64,000 bases of DNA from positions 123,690,001 through 123,754,000 of the forward strand of contig NC_043000.1 in NCBI RefSeq assembly GCF_006345805.1, written 5' to 3'. The position numbers and the translations under genes are program-made. The stretch is from Octopus sinensis (lineage: Eukaryota). Under the pieces are notes generated by a model that saw only the letters and a list, made by a program, of their open reading frames with translations, was not told the origin of the DNA and searched no databases. Each line of letters starts with the position of its first letter. Position 1 is the first letter of the stretch. Below are positions 62,138 to 64,000 of this stretch, piece by piece.

Positions 62138-63951
62138 AAAAGGTGAGAGCTAGATATACTCAGTATAGAAAGCATGAAGTAATGCTCAAATGATCTGAAC
62201 TTAAACACTGATAATTTAAACTCTCAAGAAAATACATCATCTCTGAACAACTGCTAAAGTCTTAGAAGACATGAGAACAAGGTCTCATTTCATTACAGTA
62301 ACACAATTACAAATATGTGCTAACATACATATACACACATGCACAAACGTACACACACATGCACAAATGTACTCACACATGCACAAACATACACACATGC
62401 ACAAACGTGCAGACATATGCTCAAACGTGCATACACATACACAAACGTGCATACACATGCACAAACGTGCATACACATGCACAAACATACACACACATGC
62501 ACAACTGCTAGAAATAATAGTCAAGTTTTCATTAATTTTAGACTTTTTTTGTATCAACCTGCTTTTTTTCTTTGTTTTATTTTCTATGTGAGCTGAATAC
62601 ACTCCACTTTATTATGTATGCATGCATTTCTTTCGATTAGTAATTGCTTTCTTTGCAAAATTCAATCCAGTCACTCACAACGTGACAAGTTTCTGTTTTT
62701 AATAAAAATCAAGACAGCTCTCGGAGTCTCTGGCCATCTGGATTGTTTGATAAGTGCAGTTATGTATGTGTGTTTGGATGAAGTTGCTCTTGTATTGTGA
62801 TTGTACATATATTACTTTATTATGTAAGTGTGTATGTATGTGTGTGTGCTTCAATGATGTTTGTTTTTGTGTGTGTGTGTGTGTGCATGTGTGCTTCATT
62901 GATGTTTGTGTGTATGTATATGTCTGTGTGTGTGTATGTATATGTATGTATGTATGTATGTATGTGTATGTATGTATGTTTATGTATGTATGTGTATGTA
63001 TGTTTATGTATGTATGTGTATGTATGTTTATGTATGTATGTGTATGTATGTATGTTTATGTATGTATGTGTATGTATGTATATATATGTATATATATATT
63101 CTATATGTGATTGTATGCATGTGTTCAATTCTGGGGTCTCAAATGGAGAATCCCTAGAATGTTCTGCAGATTTTCACAGTACCTCTTACCAATTGCATTT
63201 GTGTGAATATGAATCAGCTTATTCTGTTCTTCTTTGGTGAACCCCAACATATCTAGGTTTGTGCGTGTGTGTGTGTGCTCACGTGCATGCCTGTGTATTT
63301 AAACCTAAGCATGTATATATATGTTCATATTTATATGTGTGTTTTGTATATATTGATGGACAGGTGTATGCATATTTGTACGAATGCATTGTTGATTGTA
63401 TATTGTGTATGCATTTCTGCTTGTAGGTTTGTATGAGTGTACATGAGAGAATATATATGTGAAATATTTTGTATTGCATACATCAGACAGCTGCAAAATA
63501 AAGTTCTCTTCCTCACAGACAGATCAGCTCTATTAATGATGTTTATAGAAATTTTCTAATGTTAACAGAAATGTACTTGTAAGGCAATTGATTTGATCTG
63601 AGACTGTGTGTCAAATCTCAAAACAATTACAGCATAGAAGACACACATCAGCCATTCAAAAGCACACAGGGATTGTTAAATGAGTTTTTGAATAGCTTAA
63701 TGTGTCTTCCACACTGTACTTGTCTCATGTTAGCTTCATAAATATATTCTATGAAAATAAGCTTTGAACTAAGGTATGAAATTGCAGACATTTTCTTTTC
63801 TTGTCTTCTCACCTAGGTGTTCCAAGAAGCCTCAAGTTTTCACAGGTGAAAGAGTTATTGAATAATGTTCCTGGTGTGAAAGCAATCCATAATTTGAGGA
63901 TGTGGTGTTTGACAACCAATAAAATTGCATTATCTGTCCATTTAGCTGTTG
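15740..63951 (+). CDS. SLC30A2: ZnT2/ZnT3/ZnT8-subfamily zinc transporter (SLC30/CDF), multi-exon, 3' end outside window; join(15740-15816,41056-41087,43924-44034,52152-52298,54656-54809,56440-56689,59416-59521,63817-63951)
   Basis: Hand-spliced exons give one open frame: [337 protein letters not shown]. All introns are GT-AG with matching phases. It has the N-terminal HCH motif, TM2 [10 protein letters not shown]5 HVIGD, the His-rich loop and the cytosolic HNL/SVHL histidines. The symbol marks the closest vertebrate subfamily, not one-to-one orthology. Confidence 0.9.
19174..19330 (-). mobile_element. RTE-tail-type short retroelement ending in (GAT)n
   Basis: Block ccatgctagcatgggttggac...ctacagctggatgcccttccta with a (CAT)n end. 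Siblings at ~24575-24720, 25810-26100, 28010-28480, 33640-33870, 38215-38440, 39825-40020, 43660-43860, 44165-44300, 46225-46445, 49717-50305, 56150-56305, 57925-58020 and 61455-61630. Confidence 0.7.
20365..20642. mobile_element. short retroelement with an inverted partial duplicate and a 12-bp TSD
   Basis: caagacataaaa at 20353-64 and 20643-54; ~20365-20450 is the reverse complement of ~20510-20597; sibling without the inversion at 41818-42008. Confidence 0.75.
20872..21328 (-). mobile_element. near full-length tRNA-derived SINE (major family)
   Basis: Reverse complement of head, body, internal (CA)n and tail seen at 22162-22552. Confidence 0.85.
21670..22024. mobile_element. Tc1-like MITE
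   Basis: TA flanks (21668-69, 22025-26); imperfect TIRs cactaccgtcagaaattaattagcac / gtgctaattactttctgacacaagtg; no coding capacity. Confidence 0.75.
22162..22552 (+). mobile_element. full-length tRNA-derived SINE (major family)
   Basis: Head gcaggagtggctgtgtggtaag...gggttcagttccac, body gcaccttgggcaagtgtcttc, internal (TA)/(TG), tail aaatgactgaaacaagtaaaagag. Further copies near 26470, 27220-27600, 31905-32280, 32790-33640, 37330, 40070, 42602, 44305, 47780, 49015, 52700, 54846, 55100, 58177 and 58800. Confidence 0.88.
22691..23601 (-). mobile_element. degraded, internally deleted mariner/Tc1-family element
   Basis: Imperfect TIRs gagctggtatcaataggttcctggattagtt / actagtctgggaactttttgataccacttc. 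The minus frame gives [13 protein letters not shown]...FQ..W..HW..*....DYFEGD, a mariner transposase C-terminus. Confidence 0.8.
23948..24240 (+). mobile_element. non-autonomous repeat beginning ttattacctcctccaaggaaggaggttatgttttc (Helentron/HINE-like)
   Basis: Terminal palindrome then gtttgtctgtctgtc; inverted partial copy at 23607-23659 and a related end at ~51180-51478(-) with hairpin tacctccgcc/ggcggaggta. The family name is inferred. Confidence 0.55.
28487..29345 (+). mobile_element. Helitron-like repeat (sibling of 5581-6661)
   Basis: A|TCTCTTATTATAAAAGGCAGATTTTATCTGCC 5' end; 28870-29345 matches 5581-6600 inverted, lacking ~5615-5895. Confidence 0.55.
29890..30200 (+). mobile_element. 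LINE ORF2 3'-end remnant (RTE/RTE-X-like)
   Basis: Translation [41 protein letters not shown] resembles the W.D.I.......L.I.....VA.DR..W...L..LPP.P terminus; stops present. Confidence 0.55.
30995..31265. repeat. (TGTA)/(TG) compound microsatellite
   Basis: Direct inspection; source of six overlapping C/V/Y/M or H/T/I/Y ORFs. Confidence 0.95.
35590..36500 (-). mobile_element. 5'-truncated RTE-clade LINE remnant
   Basis: Minus frames give [30 protein letters not shown]...CL.HIL.VRW..FVSN...[15 protein letters not shown]...[21 protein letters not shown]; 16-bp tail unit caaggYRtgatc x3. Confidence 0.82.
37967..38012 (-). ncRNA. minimal type I hammerhead ribozyme motif in a small inverted-repeat element
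   Basis: Minus: AAAACTGT-CTGATGA-ACAGGAACAT-GAAA-CTC-T-GAG-T-T-ACAGTTTT. 8-bp stem I, near-palindromic stem III, GUU triplet; stem II is eroded. Confidence 0.65.
39104..39513. mobile_element. MITE with 29-bp TIRs and a 6-bp TSD
   Basis: cggatctttttggtttgattggcagtttt / aaaactgccgttcaaaccaaaaagatccg; AAGATT at 39098-103 and 39514-19. Confidence 0.85.
41056..41087 (+). CDS. SLC30A2: 32-nt micro-exon of the zinc transporter ([10 protein letters not shown])
   Basis: Long polypyrimidine tract + TTTCAG acceptor and GTAAGT donor. Only one frame is open (phase 2 in, phase 1 out), and it joins the 43924 exon to give V-Y-N-H-C-H. Confidence 0.72.
41818..42008. mobile_element. 191-bp retroposed fragment with a 14-bp TSD
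   Basis: tacattatacaaaa at 41804-17 and 42009-22; body matches ~20463-20642. Confidence 0.8.
42602..42995 (+). mobile_element. full-length tRNA-derived SINE (major family)
   Basis: Same head, body and tail as 22162-22552. Confidence 0.88.
43924..44034 (+). CDS. SLC30A2: zinc transporter exon: HCH motif and TM1
   Basis: ttttttttctcag acceptor, GTAAGT donor; [36 protein letters not shown], the typical ZnT2-type HCH...LIIAS.LC..FM..E segment. Confidence 0.93.
44962..45452 (+). mobile_element. head-to-tail dimer of a tRNA-derived SINE
   Basis: gcttagtggttagggtg...gggcccatgagcctggctaggctttaaaagggYgca repeated with a ~235-bp period. Confidence 0.85.
47561..47781. mobile_element. piggyBac-type MITE
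   Basis: TTAA at 47557-60 and 47782-85; TIRs CCCTTTCATTAC/GTAATGAAAGGG. Confidence 0.9.
52152..52298 (+). CDS. SLC30A2: zinc transporter exon: TM2 with H-x3-D of zinc site A
   Basis: tttcattttag acceptor, GTTAGT donor; [50 protein letters not shown]. Confidence 0.96.
54255..54327 (+). ncRNA. type I hammerhead ribozyme, intact core, sense strand of a zinc-transporter intron
   Basis: TGCA-CTGATGA(54259-65)-46-nt stem II hairpin (~18 bp, G-C first pair)-GAAA(54312-15)-C-AATT-GT-A-TGCA; palindrome ACAATTGT; GUA triplet; predicted cleavage after 54323. Confidence 0.78.
54656..54809 (+). CDS. SLC30A2: zinc transporter exon: TM3-TM4
   Basis: tatttcag acceptor, GTAAGT donor; [52 protein letters not shown]. 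Confidence 0.96.
56440..56689 (+). CDS. SLC30A2: zinc transporter exon: His-rich loop and TM5 (HVIGD)
   Basis: ttccttgtag acceptor, GTTAGT donor; [20 protein letters not shown]...[31 protein letters not shown]. Confidence 0.96.
56962..57375 (-). mobile_element. tandem dimer of the ggcggcgag-family SINE
   Basis: Two head-to-tail copies of the 3' two-thirds with a single head at ~57345-57375. Confidence 0.85.
59416..59521 (+). CDS. SLC30A2: zinc transporter exon: TM6
   Basis: ctctttgcag acceptor, GTAAGT donor; [36 protein letters not shown] (inside ORF 59320-59736). Confidence 0.96.
61830..61881 (+). ncRNA. type I hammerhead-like motif with U4C substitution
   Basis: GTCT-CCGATGA-A-GGGATATTA-TTATT-TAATATCCT-A-GAAA-C-ACCT-GT-A-AGAC; 4-bp stem I, 9-bp stem II, GUA triplet. 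Confidence 0.55.
62320..63090. repeat. ACAC/TGCA-type minisatellite and (TGTA)n microsatellite
   Basis: Repeats of acacatgcacaaac at 62330-62505 and TATG-based repeats at 62870-63090; source of many spurious ORFs. Confidence 0.9.
63817..63951 (+). CDS. SLC30A2: zinc transporter exon: cytosolic C-terminal domain (part)
   Basis: cttctcacctag acceptor, GTAAGT donor; [45 protein letters not shown]. Confidence 0.95.
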
Positions 63952-64000
63952 GTAAGTGAAGCTGGCTTTTAAAATTACTGTTTTTATTTTTACTGTTGCC

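Noticed and set aside
3819-63516. Numerous 60-200 aa ORFs rich in YI, CV, HT or matching SINE text (e.g. 30701-31393, 42515-43126, 49101-49576, 62271-63240)
   Set aside because: Translations of microsatellites or of recurring SINE sequence; the same peptides recur at each SINE copy.

Overview
AT-rich, microsatellite- and SINE-dense animal genomic DNA; the repeat landscape looks like an octopus genome (inference, no database check possible). One protein-coding gene is supported: a + strand ZnT2/3/8-type (SLC30) zinc transporter, reconstructed from 8 phase-compatible GT-AG exons (15740-15816, 41056-41087, 43924-44034, 52152-52298, 54656-54809, 56440-56689, 59416-59521, 63817-63951); its 3' end lies beyond the window. 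The six-frame track shows only fragments of it, and most listed ORFs are microsatellite or SINE artefacts. The rest is mobile DNA: an internally deleted piggyBac plus a related MITE, three mariner remnants, a Tc1-like MITE, non-autonomous Helitron-like elements, RTE- and REL-type LINE remnants and several SINE families. The main unannotated signal is a set of type I hammerhead ribozyme (HHR) motifs from about seven repeat families, all with a palindromic or near-palindromic minimal stem III (dimer-type). Two sit in ~570-600 bp units arranged as tandem-plus-inverted arrays inside (TA)n tracts (8.36-9.63 kb, 13.2-14.9 kb), a Penelope-like/retrozyme architecture. One intact-looking HHR with a long stem II lies on the sense strand of a zinc-transporter intron (54255-54327). 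All alignments and folds were done by eye.
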